In this document: in pieces, positions 55,864 through 64,000 of the stretch
Layout of the letters: each line of letters begins with the position of its first letter
Numbering within the stretch: the stretch's first letter is position 1
DNA from: an uncultured Defluviitaleaceae bacterium
Lineage (GTDB): Bacteria > Bacillota > Clostridia > Lachnospirales > WRBF01
Length of the DNA: 64,000 bases
Reading direction: 5' to 3'
Assembly (NCBI GenBank): GCA_964533945.1
Contig: CAZHPA010000004.1
Coordinates: forward strand, 15,180 to 79,179
The notes under the pieces: generated by a model
What the model was told of the DNA's origin: nothing
Databases searched by the model: none
The model's input: only the letters and a program-made list of their open reading frames with translations
Made by a program: the position numbers and the translations under genes

Positions 55864-58800
55864 ATGCCATTAAACGAAACACTTAAAACCCATTTAAAAA
55901 GCAATTTAATGCGTGGTGTCGGAAGTGGTTTGCATTTAAAAAGCAGAAATTCAAAGCTTATAGATGCCCCAATTTTAGTTATAGGTTTAGGCGGAACAGG
56001 CGCAAACTCCTTAATTCGCCTAAAAAGCCTTATTAACGAAAGAATTAATTCAGATTTTAACAACGAAAAGCCTAAAAATATTGAATATTTAGCTATAGAT
56101 ACCGATATGTCAACAAAAGATTTTCAACATAAAGGCGTGTCTTTTTCAAAGGCAAATTCTGAAGTTTGCATTTATGCACATGCAAATCTAGGAAGAACAT
56201 ATGAAGATTTATGCAAGCGCCCCGAAAGCTTGCCTCACATTACAAGCTGGATTTCTCACGGCATGGACGTTAGCAAAATTACAAACGGCGCAGGCGGCGT
56301 TAGGCAAGTTGGAAGATTTTTAATGTTTAAAGAGTTTAACGACATTGAAAACAAAATTACAACTAAAGTTGAATCTATTTTAAACGGATATTCCGCCGAC
56401 AAAATGGTTTTTGTATTTATTGCAACAGGCGTTTCGGGCGGAACAGGAAGCGGAACTTTTTTAGATATTCCATATATCGTTAAAGAAATTTTAAGGCGAA
56501 AAGGGTTTAATGCCCAAATGCTAGGTTTTATATTTTTGCCCGACGTTAATATTAGCGTTATAGATAGAAATGACCACGCCAAAGTTCGTGCTATTAAGCG
56601 CAACGGCTTTGCTGCTTTAAAAGAACTAGATTTTTTAATGAACCTTGGCAATGAGGGTAACAGAGAACGCTTTGTTCAGGAATACAGCAGCAACTTTAAA
56701 GTTGATTACGGTGAACCTCCATATGATGTTTGCCATTTAGTTTCTACTATAAATAAAAGAGGATTAATAACTAACTCTATAGACGACTGCATGAACGTTG
56801 TTTCTGAAACAATTGCAAACTTTATTTCAGGCGAAAGTGGCGTTATATCAGGAGTTTCAGGAGGTTCAACAGATGATTTTTCCGTTGCACAATATATTTC
56901 AAATATTTCAGATACCATTAATACGTTTGTTGCAGGGCTTTCTGTTAAATATCCAATCAATTATAAATATTTGGCAATCGGCAGTTCATCAGGTGTTTTG
57001 CCTATGGACGACATATTAAACTACATTGCAAGCACATTATTTGAACGCATATATGAAATATACAACCGTTTGCCTGAAAAGTCGGAAGTTTTAAACTTTG
57101 CAAATATGCTTGGAATAAACAGAGAAGGAATTTATGTTGCTGTATGCAAAAACAGCGAATTGCCAACGTATGGGTACGATTTCGATACGCTAAAAGCAAA
57201 CCCAAACATTTTAAGACTTGCTTTTGAAGAAAGCATTGAAAAATCTTTATCTATAATCAAAGAAAACGTTAGCGATTTCATAGATTCCTTTAAAGAAAAC
57301 GCAAACAAAAAAATAGAAGAAGTATTTTTAGATAACAAAAAAGGCCCATACTTCGCTTCAAGATTAATTAGTTCTATAGAAAACTATTGCTTGCTTGCCC
57401 ATATTAAAGATTTAAGAAATAAGCTAGTGCTTGAAAAAGTAAATGATGCCGATATGGAAAGGCTTAGAAAAAATGTTGAATTAACACAACGAAAAATTGC
57501 AACTTCTGAACCTTTGCTTGGGTTTGGCAAAAATGGGCTTGCTGATAATCACATTAAAGCTTGCAATGAATATTATTCAAAGCGAATGTTTAATAACGTT
57601 TTTGACGGCATGATTAAATGCTTTGAAGCATTTTACAAATATTTAAATGACAAAAACGATGATTTATTCGATTTGCTTGCAGAAACAATTACATTACTTA
57701 AAAATATATTTGCAGATTATGGAAGCATTGACGGCGACATTTCCCTTACAAGTGAAGAAAGTACAACAACTTTAACATGGGACATAATAGATAAAAAAGT
57801 TTTAGCCGAAACTGTTAAGTTAATGATAAACGACGAAAGCGAAGTTAAATTTAACACAGTTATTGACGAATTTATTAAAGAACTTAACGCTAATTCCGCC
57901 ACATGGCTAAACTGCTCAAAGCCAAACGCTGTAGCAAAGCTAAACGATTTTATTAACAATAGGTTCGACAACATTCTTAATAAATCGCTTGACTTTTATA
58001 TAAGTAAGATTGCCAACGACGATAAAATTAGAATAGACAGCGAAGCACAGCAAATAACAGAAAAGCTTGCTAAAAATGCACAAGTTATGTTTCCTGTTAA
58101 CGTTTTCGGCGATAATTTAAACGCTTCTTTGTATAGCTATATGTCTGTTCCGTCTAACGCCGACATAATTAAAAGCAAACTTGAAGCCGATACAGGCGGC
58201 AAAATGATTAAACAAAGCATTATAACAAACCGTGTTTTTATGCTTAAAGTTAATTTGGTTTACCCTTTAATGGCATATAGAGAGCTTGAAAGCTATGAAG
58301 CGGAATACGAAAAGTTTTCGGAAGAAAGAGCCGGCATAGGAATGCATTTATACGAAAACAACACTAGAAATTGGAGGGAATTACCTTCTCCAATATATGA
58401 CAATGCTTGGTCACCAACATATAAAAACGAGCGCCTTAAAGCTTCAAACAACAAAATTAGAAGCTTATTTGATAAAGCGCTTAAATATAAATATATACAA
58501 TGGGACACTAAAGAAAACAAGGTTGCTTGCAAGTTTAAGCAGGAAATTAATATAAAGACGTTTTTAAATGAATGCAACATAGAAAATATTAACGACATAG
58601 ATTCAATAAGTGTTGCCAGCGCAAATTTGGCACTTAATAAGCTAAAATCTATTTTAGCCGAGGATAGTTGGCAAGGCGTTGAATATCTTTACGATTACAA
58701 GCTTAAAGATGGCGAGCCCGATTTGGAATTTTCGAAAGCGATTTTTATAAATATGCCAACGCTTAATAAGCATATGCAAAAAATGATTGACCAGCACGAA

Positions 58801-59253
58801 CAGTTGCTTGAAATTGAGCAAAAGCTTATGAAAATACAAGGAAGCGTTGCCGTTTATTCCCATTTTGCCGCCGTTTTATATACTTCTTTAATTAGAAAAA
58901 GCAGAGGCATATATAAATACACAGATAACAAACAATTAGAGAAAATTTTGCTTGAACCTAACACAAATGAGCTTGAATATATAGAATACTATTTGTATAA
59001 GGCATTCAAGCAAATGCCCGATGCCGAACGCGAATATTTAAACAGCACAGCAAGAAAAACTATAAACGAATGCAACGACGACGAATTTAAAAAATGCATA
59101 GACGTTATGGAAAACTTTGAAAATATGTTCAAAGAAAAGACCCAAAAGCTTACAACAACATATTTATCTGAATTTGAAGGAGACAAAAAGTCAAGCTTCT
59201 ATCAAGTTATGCGTGAAGAAATGAAAAAAGCGCTTGAAAAATATTCTGAATAA
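55864..59253 (+). CDS. Giant (1129 aa) tubulin/FtsZ-superfamily-like GTPase with a long helical C-terminal extension
   Basis: T1-like loop VIGLGGTGANS (55984-56007), T3-like NGAGGVRQVGR (56284-56316), and T4 tubulin signature GVSGGTGSGT (56428-56457). A possible T7/H8-like NGFAALKELDF follows. There is no signal peptide or TM segment. SD AAAGGAG. Confidence 0.75.
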   Translation: MPLNETLKTHLKSNLMRGVGSGLHLKSRNSKLIDAPILVIGLGGTGANSLIRLKSLINERINSDFNNEKPKNIEYLAIDTDMSTKDFQHKGVSFSKANSEVCIYAHANLGRTYEDLCKRPESLPHITSWISHGMDVSKITNGAGGVRQVGRFLMFKEFNDIENKITTKVESILNGYSADKMVFVFIATGVSGGTGSGTFLDIPYIVKEILRRKGFNAQMLGFIFLPDVNISVIDRNDHAKVRAIKRNGFAALKELDFLMNLGNEGNRERFVQEYSSNFKVDYGEPPYDVCHLVSTINKRGLITNSIDDCMNVVSETIANFISGESGVISGVSGGSTDDFSVAQYISNISDTINTFVAGLSVKYPINYKYLAIGSSSGVLPMDDILNYIASTLFERIYEIYNRLPEKSEVLNFANMLGINREGIYVAVCKNSELPTYGYDFDTLKANPNILRLAFEESIEKSLSIIKENVSDFIDSFKENANKKIEEVFLDNKKGPYFASRLISSIENYCLLAHIKDLRNKLVLEKVNDADMERLRKNVELTQRKIATSEPLLGFGKNGLADNHIKACNEYYSKRMFNNVFDGMIKCFEAFYKYLNDKNDDLFDLLAETITLLKNIFADYGSIDGDISLTSEESTTTLTWDIIDKKVLAETVKLMINDESEVKFNTVIDEFIKELNANSATWLNCSKPNAVAKLNDFINNRFDNILNKSLDFYISKIANDDKIRIDSEAQQITEKLAKNAQVMFPVNVFGDNLNASLYSYMSVPSNADIIKSKLEADTGGKMIKQSIITNRVFMLKVNLVYPLMAYRELESYEAEYEKFSEERAGIGMHLYENNTRNWRELPSPIYDNAWSPTYKNERLKASNNKIRSLFDKALKYKYIQWDTKENKVACKFKQEINIKTFLNECNIENINDIDSISVASANLALNKLKSILAEDSWQGVEYLYDYKLKDGEPDLEFSKAIFINMPTLNKHMQKMIDQHEQLLEIEQKLMKIQGSVAVYSHFAAVLYTSLIRKSRGIYKYTDNKQLEKILLEPNTNELEYIEYYLYKAFKQMPDAEREYLNSTARKTINECNDDEFKKCIDVMENFENMFKEKTQKLTTTYLSEFEGDKKSSFYQVMREEMKKALEKYSE

Positions 59254-59280
59254 ATTCAAATAAAATTTTGGGAGGATAGT

Positions 59281-59682
59281 ATGTTAAAAAAATCCCCAAA
59301 CCAAAGCCTGTGTCCATATTATTATATGGGCGGAGAGCTTCATCCGTTGAAATATGGAAGTTATTTTAATGATAAAACGGCTTTATTTAACATTATAGAT
59401 GCCGAGGAGCAGTTTATATTAGAATCATTCGGAATAAATAATAGTTGTATTTGGATTGATTTATATGAAACAGCGCTTGACCACAAAGTTATTAAAAAGC
59501 TTAGTATGCATTTAAATAATATAAATCATAAAATACGCAAGCTTTGCTTTGTAGGTTGTTCATGGGTTAATAAAAATAAGCTAAAAAATAAAATAAAAAT
59601 TAAAAATATGGATTTATCCAAACAAATTAAGTTTTTTTCAGACCCCAAATTGGCTAAACAGTGGTTAGTTGGAAATAGGTGA
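59281..59682 (+). CDS. Small hypothetical protein of the cluster (133 aa)
   Basis: SD GGGAGG lies 7 nt upstream. No motif I can name with confidence. Confidence 0.5.
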   Translation: MLKKSPNQSLCPYYYMGGELHPLKYGSYFNDKTALFNIIDAEEQFILESFGINNSCIWIDLYETALDHKVIKKLSMHLNNINHKIRKLCFVGCSWVNKNKLKNKIKIKNMDLSKQIKFFSDPKLAKQWLVGNR

Positions 59683-59686
59683 GTTT

Positions 59687-61609
59687 ATGTTAAAGCTTAC
59701 GCACCCTGTGCTTTATGTGTTTTTTGATGAACAATCAAAAGACACATTAAGGCTTCTTTGCAATGAAAAGTTTCAGAATACGCAAAGCATTGCTTATTTA
59801 AATATAAAAAGTAAAGACGACTTGGATTTTGATACATTAGTTAATATCAATAGAAGGTTTCTTGAAAAAGAATATTCAAGACCTTTTGAAAGGCGAATAT
59901 ATTTTATTGTTGATTCAAACAAAAAGCTTCTTGTTTCTTTATCAGATGCTGTTTTATTTATTAAAAGCTTTTTTGAAAATATAAACATAACACCAATAAT
60001 AGATATTTTCGCACTTACAGATGAAGCCAAGCTTCCAAATTTAAACATTCAGCAAGCAATTACTAATACATACGACGAACTTAAATTTTTGGCAACAAGT
60101 AATTTATGCAATATGGTATATATAATTTCCAACTTAAATAGCAAAGGCGTATTAATTAATGACTATATGCAGTTTTATCAAGCAATTGTTTTATGCTCCA
60201 TTTTAAAAGATTGTTCTAAAACAGGCTATGATGAGTTAAACTTTTTGCAAAACTGCGAAGCCAAAAATAAAGACGGCTATTTTTACACAGTTGGTATGAA
60301 AAAAATTAGTAAGCCTATAGAAATTTTAAGCTCTGTAATTCTTAAACAAATAATTGATGAAAATAGCATAATTTACGAAAAAAGTAAAGATAGTAATATT
60401 GTTGCAGAAATGCTTGAAAGCTTTTTAAAAACTATTGATGAAATATTTAAGGCAGCCGAACAAAAATATAGCTTAAACGTTAATTCTCTTGCAATAAACA
60501 TAGAAATGCAAAACAGGCTGTTTAATTGCAACGGGGATGCTTTAGATGCTTGCTTTGGAGAAAGCTATGTTGATTTATATTACGAAATTAACTACGAAAA
60601 AGAATGCGGCGTTATAGCTTCAAAAATTGTTTATGAACACTGCAAAACACTAAAAGAAGCCGTTTATGGCTGTATTGAAAATGAAAACGTTGGTTTTTTT
60701 GCAGTTAAGCGTATGCTTTACAAACTTAAGAGTGAGCATTTGCCTGAATTAAAAGAGCGTATAAAAGAAGAAATATTTAATGCAGAAAGTATGTTGCAAA
60801 CATGGCAAAATGAACAGCCTGTAATTACTAAAGGTTTGAAAAAAGTAAATGCATTTGGCAATGCGCTTTTTTTCCCTTTTGAGTTGGCACAGTTTTACAT
60901 AGCCCTTAAAAACGACTACTTTAAATGCAAAGCAAAACTTAGCGCTTTATTTCAATACGAAACCGTACTGCTTGAATTTATAAACAACTTTAAAAATATA
61001 TGCGAAAAGCTTAGTTTTAATTGCGATAAATTAAACGGATTTATAAAATTAAGCCTTAGCGAAAAACCAACGCTAATCGCTGAAAACTTCGAGCAATATT
61101 ATTCAAATAAAGCTTGTATGTATATTGCAAATAATTTTAAAAGCTACTTTAAACAACTATATAAAGATTTTTATAAATTAGGATTTGAAAATATCGAAGC
61201 ATTGTACAAAGAGTGCAACGCATATATTAGCAAGCTTATAGGAAGTGATAGCTTTAACTTAGATATATACAGCGAAATATACGAGCGGATTAAAAGTAAT
61301 ATAAGTACAGAATTTAAAACCGAAGAAAGCATAGCAAGACTTTTAATCGAAGAAATAAAAGAGGACAAAATTTATTTTTCAAAGCTTACATCGGCAGCTA
61401 ACTTTTTTGATAGTGTTTGCCTAATTACAGGTGATGGACAACTTGTTGAAAAACTTTCCGAAAAAAATACATTGGGTCATTTAAATGTATTTTTTGATTT
61501 ATTTCTTAACCTTAATAATTTTAATGAGGGCGAACAGCTTGATGTAGTATACTTTATTGGGAAATTTTCAATAGAACAAATGCATTATTCAAACCTATAT
61601 AAGCTATAA
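59687..61609 (+). CDS. Hypothetical cytoplasmic protein of the cluster (about 640 aa)
   Basis: ATG at 59687 is 4 nt after the upstream stop, and AGGTGAG overlaps that stop. TTG at 59669 is an alternative start. The N-terminus alternates beta and alpha segments, and the remainder looks helical. Confidence 0.55.
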   Translation: MLKLTHPVLYVFFDEQSKDTLRLLCNEKFQNTQSIAYLNIKSKDDLDFDTLVNINRRFLEKEYSRPFERRIYFIVDSNKKLLVSLSDAVLFIKSFFENINITPIIDIFALTDEAKLPNLNIQQAITNTYDELKFLATSNLCNMVYIISNLNSKGVLINDYMQFYQAIVLCSILKDCSKTGYDELNFLQNCEAKNKDGYFYTVGMKKISKPIEILSSVILKQIIDENSIIYEKSKDSNIVAEMLESFLKTIDEIFKAAEQKYSLNVNSLAINIEMQNRLFNCNGDALDACFGESYVDLYYEINYEKECGVIASKIVYEHCKTLKEAVYGCIENENVGFFAVKRMLYKLKSEHLPELKERIKEEIFNAESMLQTWQNEQPVITKGLKKVNAFGNALFFPFELAQFYIALKNDYFKCKAKLSALFQYETVLLEFINNFKNICEKLSFNCDKLNGFIKLSLSEKPTLIAENFEQYYSNKACMYIANNFKSYFKQLYKDFYKLGFENIEALYKECNAYISKLIGSDSFNLDIYSEIYERIKSNISTEFKTEESIARLLIEEIKEDKIYFSKLTSAANFFDSVCLITGDGQLVEKLSEKNTLGHLNVFFDLFLNLNNFNEGEQLDVVYFIGKFSIEQMHYSNLYKL

Positions 61610-61763
61610 GCGGTAACTTAATATAACATATTTTAACTTAGAAACAAATAAGCAAATACACTATTTCAACCTATACAAACTATAAGGGAAACTTAACATA
61701 ATAATTTTAATTTAAAAGCAGGTAAATAAATGCATTATTTTAACCTATACAAAATGTAAATGG
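61578..61763. repeat. Tandem repeat of about 75 bp (2.4 copies) beginning in the last 10 codons of the 640-aa gene and ending just before the next start codon
   Basis: Copies are anchored at 61580 (ATGCATTATTCAAACCTATATAAGCTATAA), 61656 (ATACACTATTTCAACCTATACAAACTATAA) and 61730 (ATGCATTATTTTAACCTATACAAAATGTAA). Confidence 0.8.
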
Positions 61764-63035
61764 GTGATTACTTTGAAAAAAATATTAGATATACCGCTTT
61801 TGCTATTTACAGCACTAGCAGCTTTAATTTCTTTTTTTGTCGGGGAAATGCTGCTTAAAGCTTTTTGTGAAAGTATAGATAACATAGCTTTAATGGGTAT
61901 ATATTTTTGCGCTGTTGGCTCAATTATAGTTTTGTTTACAAATATTTGCGCCTATAAATTAAGCCCAATTGCAAAAATGCTGCCTGCTCCTAATGCTTTT
62001 AAAAAATCGGCGCTTCTTTTTGGCTTTTTAGTAGCTTTACTTTTATTTTTGTTTGGCTGTCTTTTTCAATTTTTATATAGCTTTGATAAAAAAGAGTCAA
62101 AAAGTTCAAACTTAAACTATATAGTTGCAATAGATAATTCGGGTAGCATGTTAAATACAGACCCATTATTTAAACGATACACCGCATTAAAACAGCTCTT
62201 TGAATCTATGGCTTCTAATAAAAAAGGCAAAAAGCAAAACCTTGGAGTATATGTATTTACAGATGGAAACGAAAAAGTATTTTCAATGCAGGAAATAACA
62301 AGTAATCATGTAAATCAATTTGATAGCATATTTTCACAGCATATGGTATCAAACGGTGGAACTAACATTATGAAAGTTCTTGAAGCTATAGCAGAAGACC
62401 CAGACTTAACAGAAAATACAAATATCGTTTTAATCTCAGATGGAGAAAGCCCAGTATATGACGATACATTGGAAAAATTAAAAGAGAAAAGCATTCGTGT
62501 TGATACTGTGGGTGTTTTTGAAGCCGAACCCGACAACGCCTTGCGAAAAATTTCAACAGAAACAGGCGGAACATATTTTAATATAGATAAAATCGAACAA
62601 TTAACAGGCGTTTTAAATAACATAACTACTTTAAAAATGGAAGACCGGCTGTTAACAGCACGCCGCCTTGATTTGGAAAATTCGGTTAATTACATTGTTA
62701 TGCATTTAGCTTTTATATTTTTGCTCGCGCTAATAATAAAAATAATTCAAGCTTTAATTATGGACATAAAAAGCGTTAGGGCAGCTTTGTTTTCACAAGC
62801 ACTTTGCTTTAGCTTAATTTCTTCTTTACTTATGGAAGCTTTGTTTTTAAAGACAGAACTTAGCGAAAGCGTCGTACGCTGTATTGTAATTGCATTTATT
62901 TCGCTTTTGGTGCTTTTAATTGGGAAAGAACAAACAAATATTATAAATTTCGGTTCTGCCAGTAGCATTAACAGCGCAAGCTTCGGCTTTAACAGAGAAT
63001 ACGTAAACAAAGGGAAACAAAAAGTTTTAAAATAA
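61764..63035 (+). CDS. Polytopic membrane protein with a vWA domain (complete MIDAS) inserted between TM3 and TM4
   Basis: Three N-terminal TM segments, MIDAS DNSGS (62133-62147) with GGTNI and LISDGE, three C-terminal TM segments and a basic tail. The start is GTG 61764 or TTG 61773, and the SD is weak. Confidence 0.75.
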   Translation: MITLKKILDIPLLLFTALAALISFFVGEMLLKAFCESIDNIALMGIYFCAVGSIIVLFTNICAYKLSPIAKMLPAPNAFKKSALLFGFLVALLLFLFGCLFQFLYSFDKKESKSSNLNYIVAIDNSGSMLNTDPLFKRYTALKQLFESMASNKKGKKQNLGVYVFTDGNEKVFSMQEITSNHVNQFDSIFSQHMVSNGGTNIMKVLEAIAEDPDLTENTNIVLISDGESPVYDDTLEKLKEKSIRVDTVGVFEAEPDNALRKISTETGGTYFNIDKIEQLTGVLNNITTLKMEDRLLTARRLDLENSVNYIVMHLAFIFLLALIIKIIQALIMDIKSVRAALFSQALCFSLISSLLMEALFLKTELSESVVRCIVIAFISLLVLLIGKEQTNIINFGSASSINSASFGFNREYVNKGKQKVLK

Positions 63036-63056
63036 TTAGATTTGGGAGGTGTTTTT

Positions 63057-63725
63057 GTGGAGTTAGACATAGTTAATGTTTTTAAAGACGAGGAGCAATC
63101 GTTTTTTATAAAAAATTTAAACGGCAAAGTTTTAGAAAGTGGAATAATTATGCTAAATTGGGATTGGCCTGAAGTGCATTCGGATATGGACGGAGTTTAT
63201 ATATTTGAAATTAAAGACGAAAGCGAAGATTTGGAAACACTTGTTGAACGCTTTAACGAAATGGAAACACCCCCAATATATATACCACGGAAAGCTTTTG
63301 GCGGAGAAAAATTTAAATGGCGAGAAGCAATGAAAGAAAAAAAACTGCAATTAAAACTTTTCCCTGTTAAAACAAATAAGTATAAAGCTATTATATATAG
63401 GCAAACATCTGGAAACTGCACGCAAGTTTTTTATAAGCCCGTAAGCTTAAAAAGAAAAGTTTTATATAGGCATATTAATTTTAAAACTAAAATAGCAACA
63501 TTCGAGTTCGAGAAAAAAATGCTTTTTCTTTTGAATGAATTGCCAATAGATTGTTTGCTCTTTTGCAAATATAATAAAAAGACAATGGTTCCAATTTGCT
63601 ACTACCCAGTTAATTTAGAAGTTTTATGCAATTCATCTTACGAAATTGCAATTGAAAGCAGCTGCAACATTGATTTAATTTGTAACGATAAATATAACGG
63701 CGCTATTGTAGTTAAAGACTTTTAG
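63057..63725 (+). CDS. Hypothetical protein of the cluster (about 222 aa)
   Basis: GTG at 63057 is 6-7 nt after GGGAGGTG. No motif recognised. Confidence 0.5.
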   Translation: MELDIVNVFKDEEQSFFIKNLNGKVLESGIIMLNWDWPEVHSDMDGVYIFEIKDESEDLETLVERFNEMETPPIYIPRKAFGGEKFKWREAMKEKKLQLKLFPVKTNKYKAIIYRQTSGNCTQVFYKPVSLKRKVLYRHINFKTKIATFEFEKKMLFLLNELPIDCLLFCKYNKKTMVPICYYPVNLEVLCNSSYEIAIESSCNIDLICNDKYNGAIVVKDF

Positions 63726-63758
63726 AAGTCTTAGAAAACTTGGAAAGGAGAAAATTTT

Positions 63759-64000
63759 ATGGGCAGAGAAGTTAAATGTTTTTTCTGTTTTGAATACTTT
63801 AAGCCAGAAGAAGCGCACTTTAGGGCAAAAAAGCATATTAAAAAAATAGATAGCCTAAGCGAAGACGAGTATGTCGTTGATGAAAAATTAAAAGCTTACT
63901 ATAAAAAATTTTTGCAATATGATGATGACAGTGCAGAAAGTGCCGCAAGGCTTCTTCCAACGTTTAAAATAGACCAAAACCGAAAAATTGTTGAAGTTAG
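63759..64000 (+). CDS. Hypothetical protein, 3' partial (runs off the window), absent from the ORF track
   Basis: ATG at 63759 is 8 nt after AAAGGAG. The frame is open for 80 codons to the window end. The N-terminus is MGREVKCFFCFEYFKPEEAHFRAKK. Confidence 0.45.
   Translation, partial: MGREVKCFFCFEYFKPEEAHFRAKKHIKKIDSLSEDEYVVDEKLKAYYKKFLQYDDDSAESAARLLPTFKIDQNRKIVEV

Noticed and set aside
55698-56063. 121-aa minus-strand ORF inside the vWA/tubulin-like cluster
   Set aside because: It is antisense across the junction of two + strand genes that have clear motifs and SDs, so it is a shadow ORF.

Overview
This is an AT-rich chromosomal window of Firmicutes/Clostridia type. That assignment rests on gene content and order such as ackA-yceD-rpmF-plsX-acpP-rnc, an ispH::rpsA fusion, prs-pth-mfd-folC, nfeD-floA and rimM-trmD; G+C looks like roughly one third by eye and was not computed. 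I saw no rRNA, tRNA, CRISPR array, transposase or integrase. About 45 kb is ordinary housekeeping. Accessory content includes a 5'-truncated Fn3/SLH-like surface protein, a dCache chemoreceptor, a GH3 beta-glucosidase, and a 2160-aa secreted GH89 alpha-N-acetylglucosaminidase with F5/8-type-C, Ig-like and cohesin-like modules and a C-terminal dockerin. It also includes a tandemly duplicated pair of unknown membrane-anchored proteins sitting where rplS normally follows trmD, an orphan PD-(D/E)xK nuclease-like gene, and a split chrA pair. The main lead is a same-strand, tightly spaced cluster of at least 7 genes from 53.7 kb to the window edge. It encodes a 1129-aa protein whose N-terminus carries FtsZ/tubulin T1, T3 and T4 GTP-binding loops (GLGGTGANS, GAGGVRQVGR, SGGTGSGT). 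It also encodes two membrane proteins with complete-MIDAS vWA domains predicted to face outward, and four proteins without recognisable motifs. I am not aware of an experimentally assigned function for this architecture. A second recurring oddity is tandem duplication of gene 3' ends plus the following junction at four sites (12.1, 52.3, 53.0 and 61.6 kb). Two of these sites create mini-ORFs that copy the upstream protein's C-terminus.
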